Assembly: GCF_006345805.1 (NCBI RefSeq)
Contig: NC_043013.1
Span: 23,498,001-23,562,000 of the forward strand
Direction: 5' to 3'
DNA: 64,000 bases
Origin: Octopus sinensis
Lineage: Eukaryota
Made by a program: the position numbers and the translations under genes
Notes under the pieces: generated by a model
Told to the model about the DNA's origin: nothing
Databases searched by the model: none
The model's input: only the letters and a program-made list of their open reading frames with translations
In this document: piece after piece, positions 11,918-26,400 of the stretch
Numbering within the stretch: position 1 is the first letter of the stretch
Layout of the letters: each line of letters starts with the position of its first letter

Positions 11918-12903
11918 GACCTAATTATATTTGGTGTATAATCCCTTATGCTATGCATATGAAGACAAGATTAATTAGACAAATATATAAATAATTGATA
12001 AGCACTTCAACATGAATAATAGATATAGGCAAATAATTAATAACAATATCAGGATTGGTCATTGCTTAACCAAAAATTTATTTTGAATAACTTCATCTTT
12101 AAATAACAGAAAACTTGACAATAATGAATCCTGTAATTGATTTGGTAGATGCCAACTTAAAAATCTTTATAATGAAGATAATATTGTATATAAATGTGAG
12201 ATTGATGCATTTAATGAGTATACATACATTGGGTCAATATCTAATAAATTCAAAACTCAGTTTTCTGACCACTTAATAGAAAAAAGATTAACTTAACTGG
12301 TCTGAGTAAATTCATATGGTAGCTAAAGGATAAGAAAAATAGATTTTAAATTGGACTGGAATATTATTAGCCATGTTCAGTCTTATAATATTGCAAACAA
12401 AAGATGAGAGTTGGGTACTGAACAATCATATCAAATATTTATTTCCTGCAAATCGCCTTTGAACAGACATTTTGAAAAAATTTTAGCCTGTAGCCATGCA
12501 AGTAAATTTCTTTTTGATTAATGTAAGTAGATTGCTATTATTTCATTTGTATTGATGAATAATACATCTGAATGATTTTGCCATTTATTTATATTAATAT
12601 ATCATTAATATGCCTTTAGTATTGATATTTATACTGATAATTTAACTCAGATAAGGATAGTCATTATATTAGGTTTATATATTAGTAATTTATGAGAAAT
12701 GAAAATCTGATATATATATACATACACACACACACACACACGCATGCATATACACACACATACACACACACACATGCATATACACACACATACACACACA
12801 CACACATGCATATACACACACATACACACATGCATATACACACACATACACACATGCATGTATGTATGTATATATATATATATATATATATATACATACA
12901 TGC

Positions 12904-12939
<36 letters not shown>

Positions 12940-13775
12940 GTGTATGTGTGTGTGTGTATGTATATATATCAGATTTTCATTTCTCATAAATTACTTTTGA
13001 ATGCACATTCTGATGAAATTTTAGCCTGTAGCTGTGTGAGTTAACTTCTTTTTGCTAAATACAACTAGGTCTCTAACATTTCACTTAATATGAATAAATA
13101 ATAAATCTGACAGTTTTTGTAAGTTATTTAATTGATATCAATATTTTATGATTATATCTCTAGTACTAATATTTATAACTGAAGATATAACTCAAATATG
13201 GGATAGTCATTATATGGAATAAGTTACTTCTTATATGATATTTTATTTTTATTTATCTTTATATTTTTGGATATTCATTTACCTATTAGTGTTTATGTGT
13301 GTGTATATGCATATGATTGTATGTATGTATATGTATGCATTGATGTGTGTGTGTGTGGTGTGTGTGTGTGTGTGTGTATGTGTGTGTGTATGTATATATA
13401 TCAGATTTTCATTTCTCATAAATTACTTTTGAATGCACATTCTGATGAAATTTTAGCCTGTAGCTGTGTGAGTTAACTTCTTTTTGCTAAATACAACTAG
13501 GTCTCTAACATTTCACTTAATATGAATAAATAATAAATCTGACAGTTTTTGTAAGTTATTTAATTGATATCAATATTTTATGATTATATCTCTAGTACTA
13601 ATATTTATAACTGAAGATATAACTCAAATATGGGATAGTCATTATATGGAATAAGTTACTTCTTATATGATATTTTATTTTTATTTATCTTTATATTTTT
13701 GGATATTCATTTACCTATTAGTGTTTATGTGTGTGTATATGCATATGATTGTATGTATGTATATGTATGCATTGA

Positions 13776-13827
<52 letters not shown>

Positions 13828-14675
13828 ACCCATGCCAACCCCCCTTTGCTTGCGAAGACCTGTTGGGGCAAGTGGAATCGAAATCGGAATTGAAATTGAA
13901 CCAATCCTATGACTGGCATCCGGCAGATGCCAGGACCCTTGGACTGGTGGTACGTAAAAAGCACTATCCGAATCGTGGCCGATGCCAGCGCTGCCTCGAC
14001 TGGCTTCCGTGCCGGTGACATGTAAAAAGCACCATCTGAATCAAGGCCGAAGCCAGTGCCGCCTCGACTGGCTTCCATGCCGGTGGCACGTAAAATGCAC
14101 CAATCCAACCGTGGCCGTTGCTAGCCTCGTCTGGCACCTGTGTGGGTGGCACGTAAAAAGCACCCACTACACTCACAGAGTGGTTAGCGTTAGGGAGGGC
14201 ATCCAGCTGTAGAAACATTGCCAGAAAAGACTGGAGCCTGGTGCAGCCTTCTGGCTTCCCAGATCCCCGGTCGAACCGTCCAACCCATGCTAGCATGGAG
14301 AGCGGACGTTAAACGATGATGATGATATACATATTCTTATTATTCTTATACTTTTATTTATTTATCTATATCTGAATGGTTTTATATCATTTTTCTCTGT
14401 TTTTATATATTTCTGCTTTAATTTTTCTTTATCCATATCTTTATATATTTTTATTTTTATATTTGTGAATATTTATCTACCCGTTAGTGTTTACGTGTGA
14501 ATATTACATATGTTAGATATATATGCATATGGTTGTATATGTTTTTAGCTGCTTATGTGTGTGTATGTCTATATGTTGTGTATATATGCATATAAATTTG
14601 TATGTGTGAATATCTATACGTATATATATATATATATGTTTGTATGTTTATGTATGTATATGTGTATGTATATGA

Positions 14676-14715
<40 letters not shown>

Positions 14716-14789
14716 GTGTGTGCGTATATGTATATGTATGTATATATGTATGTGCATGTGTATATATATGGGCATTTGTGTATGTAATC

Positions 14790-14840
<51 letters not shown>

Positions 14841-15528
14841 TGGGTGGGTATATGCATAACTATCAATAGATACCAATTTTAAATAGATCAAATAATTTAT
14901 GATATGTATAATTTTTTCACCTTGTTTTTCTTCTATGTTCGATATTTGTGTAGATATGTATCTGTGCATATGTGTATTTATATGTATGTATATGTATGTG
15001 TATATGTGTGTGTGTCTGTACATATACACTTTTATATTTATATATACAAATATAAGTGTGTGTACATGTTTTTGCAGGATAATTAGTACGTATGAATATA
15101 TAGATTTATATAATTAACATTTAAATAGTATTTCGTTTTTGGATTTGGTTTGCAAGATTCTTTATATGAGTTCGTGTGTTGAAGCATATTCTGTAGTGTC
15201 TGCGGAGATTCATTTTCTTTTTGTGCCTTATAACTTAAATAGTACATATAATATTAGTTTCATTCATTAATTATCTTCTATCTTATTTTCATTCCAAACG
15301 TCACTTAATAATTCATTATATATATTTTTGTTGTGTTCTCCGCGTCTAGTTTTTCTCTTCTATTCAAATCTATGGAAGCTCATTTCAGCACAATTACTTC
15401 TACTTTCTATTTCCCCTTAATCTTCCTATTAATTAATAATTTTATTACTTTAATTAATTCAGTATACTTACCTTGCTTAGCTTTATATTTGTATATGTAT
15501 TTATATATATATGTGTGTGTGTGTATGT

Positions 15529-15566
<38 letters not shown>

Positions 15567-16158
15567 CAGTGTGTGTCTATATGTATTACGTGTGTGTATA
15601 TATGTTTATATTGAATATCTAATTATTTCACTTCTCTACTTCCATAATTTAATAAACAGTCTATTTTTTTTTACACAGCATCCCCATTTTTTGTATTTTG
15701 CCTGGGGATGTCTGCATTATCATTATTTATATCAATTTATGACTAACTATATTTTTTTATAATTGTATCTATTTTTAGAACTGTGCATATATTTTTGACT
15801 ATAATGGTACACTATATTCTTTCTGTTTTTATGTTTTCATTTTGTTTTAAATATAATAAATTTCTTTGTGCATCCAACCCTGAAGATACTCTTACTTGTA
15901 GTAATTAACCAAATCAATTTAGTTTAATTAAACTAAATTTGGTTAATTTTTATGCTGCAAGTAATGAATTGAAACAATTGTAGGTGTGGTCTTGTCAATG
16001 TTAATAAACTTTTATTAATCTTATCTCCATTTTCTCTCTTGTTTTGTATAATATCAATAATACTATGTATGTATATGCCTGCTTTGTTAGGCTTTCAACC
16101 AATCTAATCTTGGATATTGTTATCCCTCCAGGTTTTATATCTTCACTTGTACCTTGAT

Positions 16159-16207
<49 letters not shown>

Positions 16208-19200
16208 GTATCTATCTATTCATGCAACCATTTATTTGTCACAATAATAAAAAGGTGATAATGACAAAAGGTCCCAAATACTTACCCCTCCTCCCCATAC
16301 ACGCATAGAGTTCTGATTGGCATCAACTAGAGACTGAAAAAGATTCCGGATACGTGCGGGCGTTACACGTTCTTGGAAACTATCAGCTGGTATCCAATTG
16401 GATCCTTTGAAGAATACAGGGATTCCATTGATCTTGAAGTAGAATGTCAGGCCTGTTGGTAGATAAGAGATACAAGAACAGGTATATGTATAGCTGAGTT
16501 GAGAAACTTGGAAAAAGGAGAATCAATACCATTACAAGAATAATTTCTAAGACAGGGACAGGGCTAGAAATTTTGAGGAGGGGTAAGTCAGATGATGGTG
16601 CACTTGCATTTAGTGATTCTGCAAAGAAAAAGGCTTGGAAATGTCATTATGAAAGACTGCTGAATGTAGAGAATGACTGGGAGGAGGAGAGCCTGCCAAA
16701 TGTCGACCCAATTGAGGGACCAGCTACCCAGATCAACCGTACCTTGGTAGACAAAGCAATTAAGGACATGAAGACAAGGAAAGCCCCCAGCCCTTCAGGA
16801 ATCACCACTGAGATGCTTAAAAGATCTGGCAGTGTAGGTTATGGCTTAGTCACCCGTATTGTAAATTAGGTGATTCCAGAAGAAGTCATACCCAATGACT
16901 GTTGTAGCAGCACCATTGTCAACTGCTACAAAGGTAAAGGTAATGCTTTGGATAGAAATAATTACAGAAGTAGCAAATTGTTGGATCAGGTGATGAAAGT
17001 TAGAGTCACAGCCCAACTAATAAGAGGGAGATTTAGTCTAGATGAGATGCAGTTTGGTTTTGTGCCAGGGAGAAGCACCACTGAAGCTATATTTCTGGTA
17101 AGATAGCTGCAGGAGAAATACATAGCTAAAGGTAAACCCCTGTACTTAGCTCTCATTGACTTGGAGTAAGCTTTTGACAGAGTCCCCCGATCTCTTATCT
17201 GGTGGTTAATGCAGAAACTAGGGATAGTCAAGTGGCTGGTGAGAGCTGTACAAGCCACGTACAGGGAGGTTACTAGTAAGGTGAGGGTTGGCAATGAGTA
17301 CAGTGAAGAATTCAGGGTACAAGTAGGGGTTCACCAAGGATTGGGCCTAATCCCCCTCTTGTTCATCATAGTCTTCCAGGCAATAACAGAGGAATTCAAG
17401 ACGGACTTCCCCTGGGAGCTCCTCTATGCTGATGACATTGCTGTAATAGCTGAATCACTACTAGAACTAGAGATGAAGTTCCAGGTATGGAAGCAAGGTC
17501 TAGAACTGAAGGACCTTAGAGTTAACCTAGTAAAACTCAAAGTCTTAGTAAGTAGGAAAACAGACAAACCACAAGTCCATTCAGGTAGATGACCCTGCTC
17601 GATCTGTAGAAAAGGTGTAGGTAGTAACTCTGTAAGATGCACCTGGCATAAGCTTTGGACACATAAAAGGTGAGGCTATATCAGAGGAAGGTTAACAGGA
17701 GAAAATAGGTTTTGTGTGTGGTAGATACACAGGTACAATAAAAACCAAAAATGTACAGAAAATAGACTCCATCAACTGCCAGGGGAGTATGTTAGAGGTA
17801 GTAGATAGCTTCCGTTACCTAGGTGATCAAGTTAGTAGTGGAAGTGGATACTCCAAGAGCATAGCTGTAAGAATAAGATTAGGCTATGCAAAGTTCAGAG
17901 AGCTCCTACCTCTGTTAGCAACAAAGGACCTCTCCCTTAGAGTGAAAGGTAGATTGTATGATGCTTGTGTGCAAACAGCTATGCTACATGGCAGTGAAAC
18001 ATCGACTGTGACAGCCGAGGACATGCGTAGGCTTGAAAGGAATGAAGCCAGTATACTTTGCTGGATGTGCAAAGTCAAGTGTGCATGTTTGACAGAGTGT
18101 AAGCATCTTGAGAGAAAAGTTGGACATAAGAGGCATCAGATGTGGTGTGCAAGAGAGACAACTGTGCTGGTATGGTCATGTGATGTGTATGGATGAGAAC
18201 AACTGTGTAATGAAGTGCCGATCCCTAACTGTGGAGGTAACCTGTGGTAGAGGTAGACCAAGAAAAACATGGGATGAGGTGGTGAAGCATGACCTTTGAA
18301 CATTGGGCTTCATAGAGGCAATGACTAATGACTGAGACCTTTGGTGATACGCTGTGCTTGAGAAGATGCTTCAAGCCAAGTGAAATCGTATTCGTGGCTG
18401 ATGCTGGTGTCACGTAACCGGCACCCATGCTGGTGGCACATAAAAGGTGCCTTTCAAGTGTTGGGCCTCATGGAGGCAAAGTGGCTGAGCTCTTTTCGAG
18501 TGTTGGACCTCACAGAGGCAAAGTGGCTGAGCTCTTTTCGAGTGTTGGACCTCACAGAGGCAATGACCGAGACCTTTGGCATTATGTGCTTGAGAAGAAG
18601 ACCCATCAAGCCAAGAAAAATTGCAGTTGTAGCAGATACCAGTGTCACACAAATGGTACCCATACCAGTGGCATGTAAAAGCCCCCATTACATTTTCGGA
18701 GTGGTTGGCATTAGGAATGGCATCCAACTGTAGAAATCATACCATATAAGACTGGAGTCTGGTATAGACTTCCAATTTGCCAGCCCTGGTCAAACCGTCC
18801 AACCCATGCCAGCATGGACAAAGGATGTTAACAGACAAAGTTGACCTCAGCAGGTTTTGAACTCAAAGGATAAATCAAAAGAAACACCACAAAACATTTC
18901 TTTCGGTACTCTACCAATTCTGCCAGCTCATCACCTTAATACAATATCTCATAGGAAAATGTTCCGTCGTCTTCTTGGCTAACTAAAGCTGTTTCTGCTA
19001 GTTTTACTTCTTGGTTCTAGACTTTGCCTCTATGTCAAACAGACTCAACTACAAAGGGCTTCTGCACAGTTTTCATTTGCCAGATTCCACTCCCAAGGCA
19101 TTGTTCAACTTGAGTTAATGATGGGAGATATTTTGCCCAAAGTTCCCCGAAGAGGGATCAAACCTGAATAACATGATAATAAAACAAACTTCTTAATCAC

Positions 19201-20408
19201 ACAACCATGAAGACTTGATGTAAAATGATGGTAAAATATCTTGGCTAAGAATACAGCAGAATGTTGATGACAGGATATAAAGCACTGGTCTCCTTCTGGA
19301 AGGTTTTGGTAACCATCTGATTTATTCCAGGCAACCTGAATGGTTTGAAAAGTAAAGCAAAATCTCAAATGAGATTTCAAGAGAAGGCATGGGAAGATTT
19401 CATCAAATAACGAAAGTTATGTTCTGACTGATTAGTCTGCATCAGTTATAATCAAGCAGACTTCTGATCAAAACCATTCCAACCGTGGCCTTCCTGGGGT
19501 TTTTTTTTTTCTGTTAGAATCATAGCATAGTATTTTTTATTAAGAATGAATAACTTGTGCTATTTCTAGCAGACTGAATGACCATACCGAGGCTGCCTTG
19601 GTTAGCTCAAACTACAAGGTGCTGCTGTTGTTGTTGTTGTTGTTATCGTTTAACCCCAGGTCAGCTCTGATCAAGCAGATAAATAATTAAAAAAAAAACA
19701 TTTCTGCTCTGACCATCTCATTCCTTTGCGTTCTTCAGATACTGTGTGTATGTTTGTGTGTGTTTGTGTATGTTTGTGTGTGTTTGCACGATTGCATGCA
19801 TGCATGTGTGTGTTATATTACTCAATACTTTTTTTATATAAAGCAGTAGACTGATTTGAGAGAGATTCAGCTGTTATTACTAGCAAATCAAGCAGCCATG
19901 TAGAGGTGCCTTCATTGACTTGCTTTACAGCAAGTAATTTAGTGTGGTGTTCTACCATTCCTATTCTTCTAATAATAATGGATTCTGATATTGGCACAGG
20001 GCCACAGATTACAGGTGATTACAGGTAGTCAATTGCATTGAACTCAGTTACACGTCTCATACCCATACTTATGTCATTTATTCAAGTGTGACAAATGGTA
20101 AGGTCAGCAGAGTGTGATTTGAACACAGAACATAAATGGACAAAAACTCTGAAAGACATTTAATGCAACATTCTTCTCTTTTCTGCCATTGTTTAATCTT
20201 CTTATCCAATTTATAATAATAACATTTTCTAACTTAGGCACAAGGCCAGCATTTTTGAGGGCTAATGATTGGTTTATACCACTGATCTCAGGACTAGATT
20301 GGTTTTATATTTCATTGGCCCCAGGAGAGATGAAAGGAAAAATTGATGACAGAGGAAATTTTGAGCTAGCTTAACATCTAAATTCTACTACTAACAACAG
20401 CAACAACA

Positions 20409-20453
<45 letters not shown>

Positions 20454-23400
20454 CTCTTGAATTTTAGTACTAGGCCAGCAATTTTTAAGTGGGAAGGGAC
20501 AAATTGATTACACAGACCCCCCCCCCCCCAGTTCTTAACTGGTACTTTATTTTATCAACACCTTAAAGGATGAAAAAGAAAACTGACCTCAAAGCAATTT
20601 GAGCTCAGAATGTAAAGAACCACAAGAAATGCTGTTAGGCATTTTGTCCAGCATGGTAACCATTCTGCCAGCTTTATATAATAATGATGATGATGGCCAC
20701 TACATCACCACCACCTCATCATTGTCATCACTCTCCCAACCATTATCCCTACAACTTCCATAAATTAATCACACTTACCTAATGACCATTAATTAGCCAA
20801 CCCTGCCAGCGCCGCCTCAACTGGCTTCTGTGCCGGTGGCATGTAAAAAGCACCATCTGAATCGTGGCCGAAGCCAGTACCGCCTCGACTGGCTTCCGTG
20901 CTGGTGGCACATAAAATGCACCAATCCCACCGTGGCCGTTGCCAGCCTCGCCTGGCACCTGTGCAGGTGGCACGTAAAAATCACCCGGTACACTCACGGA
21001 GTGGTTGGCGTTAGGAAGGGCATCCAGCTGTAGAAACACTGCCAGATCAGACTGGAGCCTGGTGCAGCCTTCTGGCTTCCCAGATCCCCGGTCGAACCGT
21101 CCAATCCATGCTAGCATGGAGAACGGACGTTAAAAGATGATGATGATTACCACAATTATTCCTACTGCTGTTGCTATCATACCCCCCCACCCTCACCACC
21201 ACCACATTTACTCCACCTTCATCACCCCCATCTTCCACATAATATACAAACAGACATTTACCATCAGACGCTCGCTTTGTCACTGGAGTTTGTATCAGTT
21301 CCACTGTACGGAATCCAATCTTTATTTGTTTTGCAGATGGCTCTTCATCCTTGTCGGATGTGAAAATCACATTGAGAGTGTACAAGCGAGCTTTGCCATA
21401 GCCATGGGGCCACCACGGCTCAACCACAGCATCCTGGGGCAAAAAAAAAAAATGGAAGTAATAATAATAATAATAATGGTTTCAAATTTTGGCAAAAGGC
21501 CAGCAAGTTCGGTGGGGGTGGGGCTAAGTTGACCCTCAGTACTCAGCTGGTACTTATTAAAGGTAAAGTCAACCTCAGAGGAATTTGAACTCAGAATGTA
21601 AGCATGGACAAAATACTGTTAAGCATTTTGCCTGGTGTGCTAATGGTAATAATAATAATAATTCTTTTATTAGCCACAAGGGCTCACATGAAATAACATT
21701 AAATGACATGATACTAACATAAAAAACAACACGGTTTTACAGCATGTAAACAATATATAACAATAAAAAATTAAACAGATTAAAACTCCCATTGGGGGAT
21801 GCGCTTTAAGGTCCTCCTGGAAAAACATACAAAATCCACAGGTACCTGATCAACAGGGCAAGAGCCCTTCTCCTTTAATTCCCTTTTTTTACTGGTGTAT
21901 GCTCAGAACTGGTCCTTTCACACTGGCCATTCTTCCAACATTCACCCACCTTTCAACAAACTTGTTACAAGGTAACACTTCCCTCTCTACCCGCAACTTC
22001 CTTTTCAAGTCAAACTTGAAAAAGTTGATGAGGGATTGGCCAAAGAGGAAAGTGTCTGACTTTAGCCCTTTCAGACAAGTCCACCATACTAAAACGGAAG
22101 AAATTTTAAAAAATAGTGCTCATGGGAACTGCCTATATCCTATGAAAAGTATTATCTATGTAATCTCCAAAACATCTTAATCTGTAAATATTATCAAAAG
22201 TCTCTTTAAATGTACATAAGAACAAACTCCTTTTCCTGTCATCTTAACATCACACTCTCATCTTATAATCAAATAACTTTTAAAACAAACTTCTAATTTG
22301 CTCATGTTTTGACAGACACTCTCTAGAACAATACTCTGTGCAAAACTAAAAATATGGCACCCTTGTCATAACACCAACTTGAACTGCTAACTTGTCTCCT
22401 GAGGTCTCTGGGTGAGACTTGGAGTCAACTTATACAAATACGAAACAAAAACCAAACATATAATAATAACAATAAGCAAACCTCGAGAGAGCTGAACAAT
22501 GGTATGAATGAGTACAAGCCAGAGGGAGTAATGGAAAACGAACATTAGAAAATACTCTGAGATTTTAAAAATACCACTAAGCATTTCATTCAGCGTGCTA
22601 ATGATTCTGCCAGCTCGCCGCCTTAATAATAATAATAATAATATATTAACATCTGGCACAGCTTGGCTGGTTTGGCAGGATCTGACAAGTAGGAGGACAT
22701 GATAAGGGTTCTATGGTTGAATGCCCTTCCTAACACCAACTATTCTACAGAGTCTACGGGATGCTTTTTTTGTGGTCCTCAACACTAATATAAATTGCAA
22801 AGTTAATAACCTTAAGGCAGTCCCTGTAACTGAGGGAGAATAAAAGAGAGAGCAGGGGTGGGGGAAAGGAGGAAGAGGGGGTAAGAGGAGAGAAACAGAT
22901 TTTTAATTGGAAAGGGTTATAGAGAGGAGAGTAATTGGTGGAAGAGGAGATTAGGAATGAGGGAGAACAAGGGAAAGACAAGGGATTATGATAGGGGCTG
23001 AAAGATGAAATTCTAAGAAATTCATTAAAGGAAGGAAAATGTGGGGATCGTGGGGGATAAGGCCAAACAAGGGAAAGATGAGAAGGGGGACTGAGGAAGG
23101 GCAGAAGTTGTAGGGTGGGTGGGGGTCAGTGACTTAAAAGGTGAGTGCTTTGGGAGCAAGGAGGGAAAGGGACATTAGTGGGTTTCTATGACTTTCTGGA
23201 GAATTCCTCTCCCCCTTAGTCAGCTGCTCCCTTCCTGTCCCCTTCTCCCTCACACCTTCTGTCCACATTTGCCATTATGTGGTAGAAGAGCTCTAGACTC
23301 TCTTCCATAATCTTTCAGCTCATCATAATTTCTCACCTTTCCCCTCTTCTCCTCCACCAATTACACTCTCCCCTAATTAACCCTTTTTAACTAAAAATCT

Positions 23401-26400
23401 GTCCCTCTCATCTTACCTACCCTCTCCCATTCCTGCTCTCTCTCTCTCTCTTCTATTCTCCTTCAGTTGCAGGGACCACTTTAAGGTCATTAACTTTGCT
23501 ATCTATATTAGAACTGGGGCCACAAAAAAGCACCCAGTACACTCTGTAAAGAGGTAGAAGAGGAAGGGGAGAAGCAGGGGTGAGATCTGAAATGGGAAGA
23601 CAGGAGAGAAAGGATTGTGAAAGGAGAATCTGTGGATGAAGTGTAGGGAGTCCAGTAAGGAGAAGAAAGGTAAGCTGGCATCCTAGAGATGTAAGAGTGG
23701 GAGAGGGGCGAGGTGTTGGTTGTCAATAGAGGTAACTGAGGAGGGAGGGAGGGTGAGAGAGAGGAAGAGAGAGAGAGTGTGTGTTGTGAGTGACGAGATG
23801 AGAGTCATGAAAAGGGGTTTAAAATGATGGGGTAGGCTTCTATTGGCCTGTAAGTCCCTTCAAAGACCAACCAGATACCAAAGCACCACCAGCTGCCTGT
23901 CCGGCCACATGGTCCAAGAAATTTTCCTTTTTAATGCATCTAGTGTCATTGGAATGCTGACCTCATTTTTAACAACACCATGTGATCTGCATTGACCAAT
24001 AGCAGCCCAGTTTCCAGAAGCCATTTTGGTCTTAATGCATCTCTCCATTCAGTTATCCGAGCCTGAATGAGTTAGGTTTCTATAAGATGGCTACAAAGTC
24101 GAATGAAACGGTTTTAAATGATAAAATATGCAACTCCTTCCAAATGTGTTGAGTGCCTCTAATTTTTCTTTGTTCCCATATGGTTTCTTCTTGGTTTTTC
24201 ATATTTCCCTATTAAATTGCTCAATGATTTGTTTACAAGGAGGTTTGAGTAGAAATATAAGTTTTTATGATGTTGTTTTGATAAATATAAAAGAAGATAA
24301 CATTTTTGTTCCTCTTTTTTGTTTTTTCCATTCTTCAATTTGATTCATGAGTTAAATCTAAAAATATTAACCTACTTAGATGTAATGAAGTTTCCAGAAA
24401 TGTTATTTTACATTTCATAAATAATTGACAAAAATTTTTTAAAAAATAATCAAAGAAAGAGTTTTATCTGAATTCCCATTTTTTATGGATTTTCACTTGT
24501 TTGACATGTCTTTTGTGAAGTTCTTTGTTATATTCATTCATTCTACTTTGAAACTATTTCTGATCGATGTTTGACAGGTGTTACATTAAAAGGTGTTTCT
24601 CTTTACAACACACCATAACATAATAATAGGGATTGGTCAAGAGTTATTGGGGTGGTATTCATGGTTGGGCGCCTTTCCTGTTACTAACCCCTGCTAAATT
24701 TTCAAGTCAGCTGCTCTTGCTCCACTGACCTTCAACAAAACCAGCAAGCTACAGAGGACATCATGCTGATGTTGTTGAACAATGATGAAGACAGATGAAA
24801 GCACACACACACACACACGTCATATTATAATGAGCATTGCAACCTTGACAATGTTACCATAAATGTGAAGTTCCATAATACACAACGTATTTACCATTGA
24901 TATCTCAGTACGTATGTACACACACACACACACAGAGGTTTTCATACAGTTTCTGTTGACCAATTTTCTGCTCAGAAGGCATTAGTTAGAGAGAGGCTAT
25001 AGCAGAAGATACTTGCCTAAAGTTCCATGCAAAGGGACGGAGGACAGAACCATCAGGCTGCAAAGTGGATTCTGTCACCATTCAGCCATGACTAGGTTTA
25101 TGAGATTAATGAATTAGTAAAACAAAAAATAATTTCATATGAGACCATTTCAGATGTTTACCTTTGGTATTTTAATGATGGTTTTCAGTTCATCAGAATC
25201 CTTTGTCAAGTCTATATTAGAGGTAAGCATGACTTTCAGCTCCGACATGTGAATGGACAGTTTGCCTTTCACAGGGACTCTGGCTCTGTTGTCAAAGAAG
25301 ACTACCACTTCCAGGTACCAGTCATCATTTCCTTCAAGACAAAATTGAAAATAACATTCATAGGTAAACAATTGATGTTTTCAAATAGAATTTATGGATA
25401 CAAGTAAATAAAACATAAAAAAGGTTAACTGAGCTAGAGGTTAAAATAACCATCTAAGGGATAGAAGTATCCATTACGCTACCGGTATATTACCTATATT
25501 TAACCATGGGCATACATATGCAAGCATATTATGTTCATAAGTTATAGGTAAAGGCAAAGATAAACATGAGTTTATAAATAATCAAAATTTAAAGAAAACA
25601 GAAAATGGAGAAATATTGATGAACAACAATTGACTTACATCAATTGTTATTTATTAATTATATATTATGTTGGAAAGGTTTATTTAAATTTTATAGGATT
25701 ATGTTTTTGATTCTTCTGTGGCATTTTATATTTTCCTTTCTTTGTTTTATTTTTTATGTTTTAAAGAAAACAGAAAATGGAGAAGTACTGATGAACAACA
25801 ATTGACTTACATCAATTATCATTTATTAATTCAATGCAAATAGACTGCATCCCATCTAACAGCTGTTTCTGCTGCCAATGTTGTATGGTATTGCCATTGA
25901 TATGCAAAAATATGTAAAATATTAATCATATTTGGTAATAAAACTGATCTGAAACAAGGAGCTTCATTAGAGTGAAGAATAGATAAAGGAGAAAAAGAGG
26001 GAAAAGTTGAATTATTATTTATTACCAAATATGATTAATATTTTACATATTTTCGCATAACAATGGCAATACCATACAACATTGGAAGCAGTAACAGCTG
26101 TTAGATGGGATGCAGTCTATTTGCATTGAATTAATAAAATAATAACTGATGTAAGTCAATTGTTGTTCATCAGTACTTCTCTATTTTGTGTTTTCTTTAA
26201 AACATAAAAAGTAAAACATAGAAAGGAAAATATAAAATGCCACAGAAGAATCAAAAACATAATCCTATAAAATTTAAATAAACCTTTCCAACATAATATA
26301 TTTTGGAGGATTTCATATTTATACTGATGATGATGATGATGGTGTGAGGGAGGAAAAGGAGGAAGATGAAGTATTCATTCTGTTATTGGTTTCAATCAGT

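Larger units (their letters stand above)
20445..21660 (-). mobile_element. SINE family C copies (~20445-20680 and ~21470-21660) flanking exon 7
   Basis: Reverse-complement matches to family C. Confidence 0.6.

Noticed and set aside
13900-14200. CRISPR-like regularly repeated GGTGGCACGTAAAAAGCAC units
   Set aside because: These are internal sub-repeats of the RTE tail with homologous, not unique, spacers, in eukaryotic DNA with no cas genes.
15125-15250. Possible further PLE linker fragment on the minus strand
   Set aside because: Too short, and the peptide similarity is too weak to call.
12647-15762. Many 60-160 aa ORFs rich in Y/I/C/V/H/T
   Set aside because: These are translations of (TA)n/(TG)n/(CA)n microsatellites.
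23860-24060. Coding-looking segment on the minus strand
   Set aside because: No MANBA exon is missing at this position (phases close without it) and no motif was recognised.
25900-26020. Small-GTPase-like peptide [12 protein letters not shown]...[12 protein letters not shown] in the fold-back
   Set aside because: Only the NKxD motif is recognisable, with flanking stops and no G1/G3 motifs. A tBLASTx hit to Rab/Arf mRNAs would be needed to call it a retrocopy fragment.
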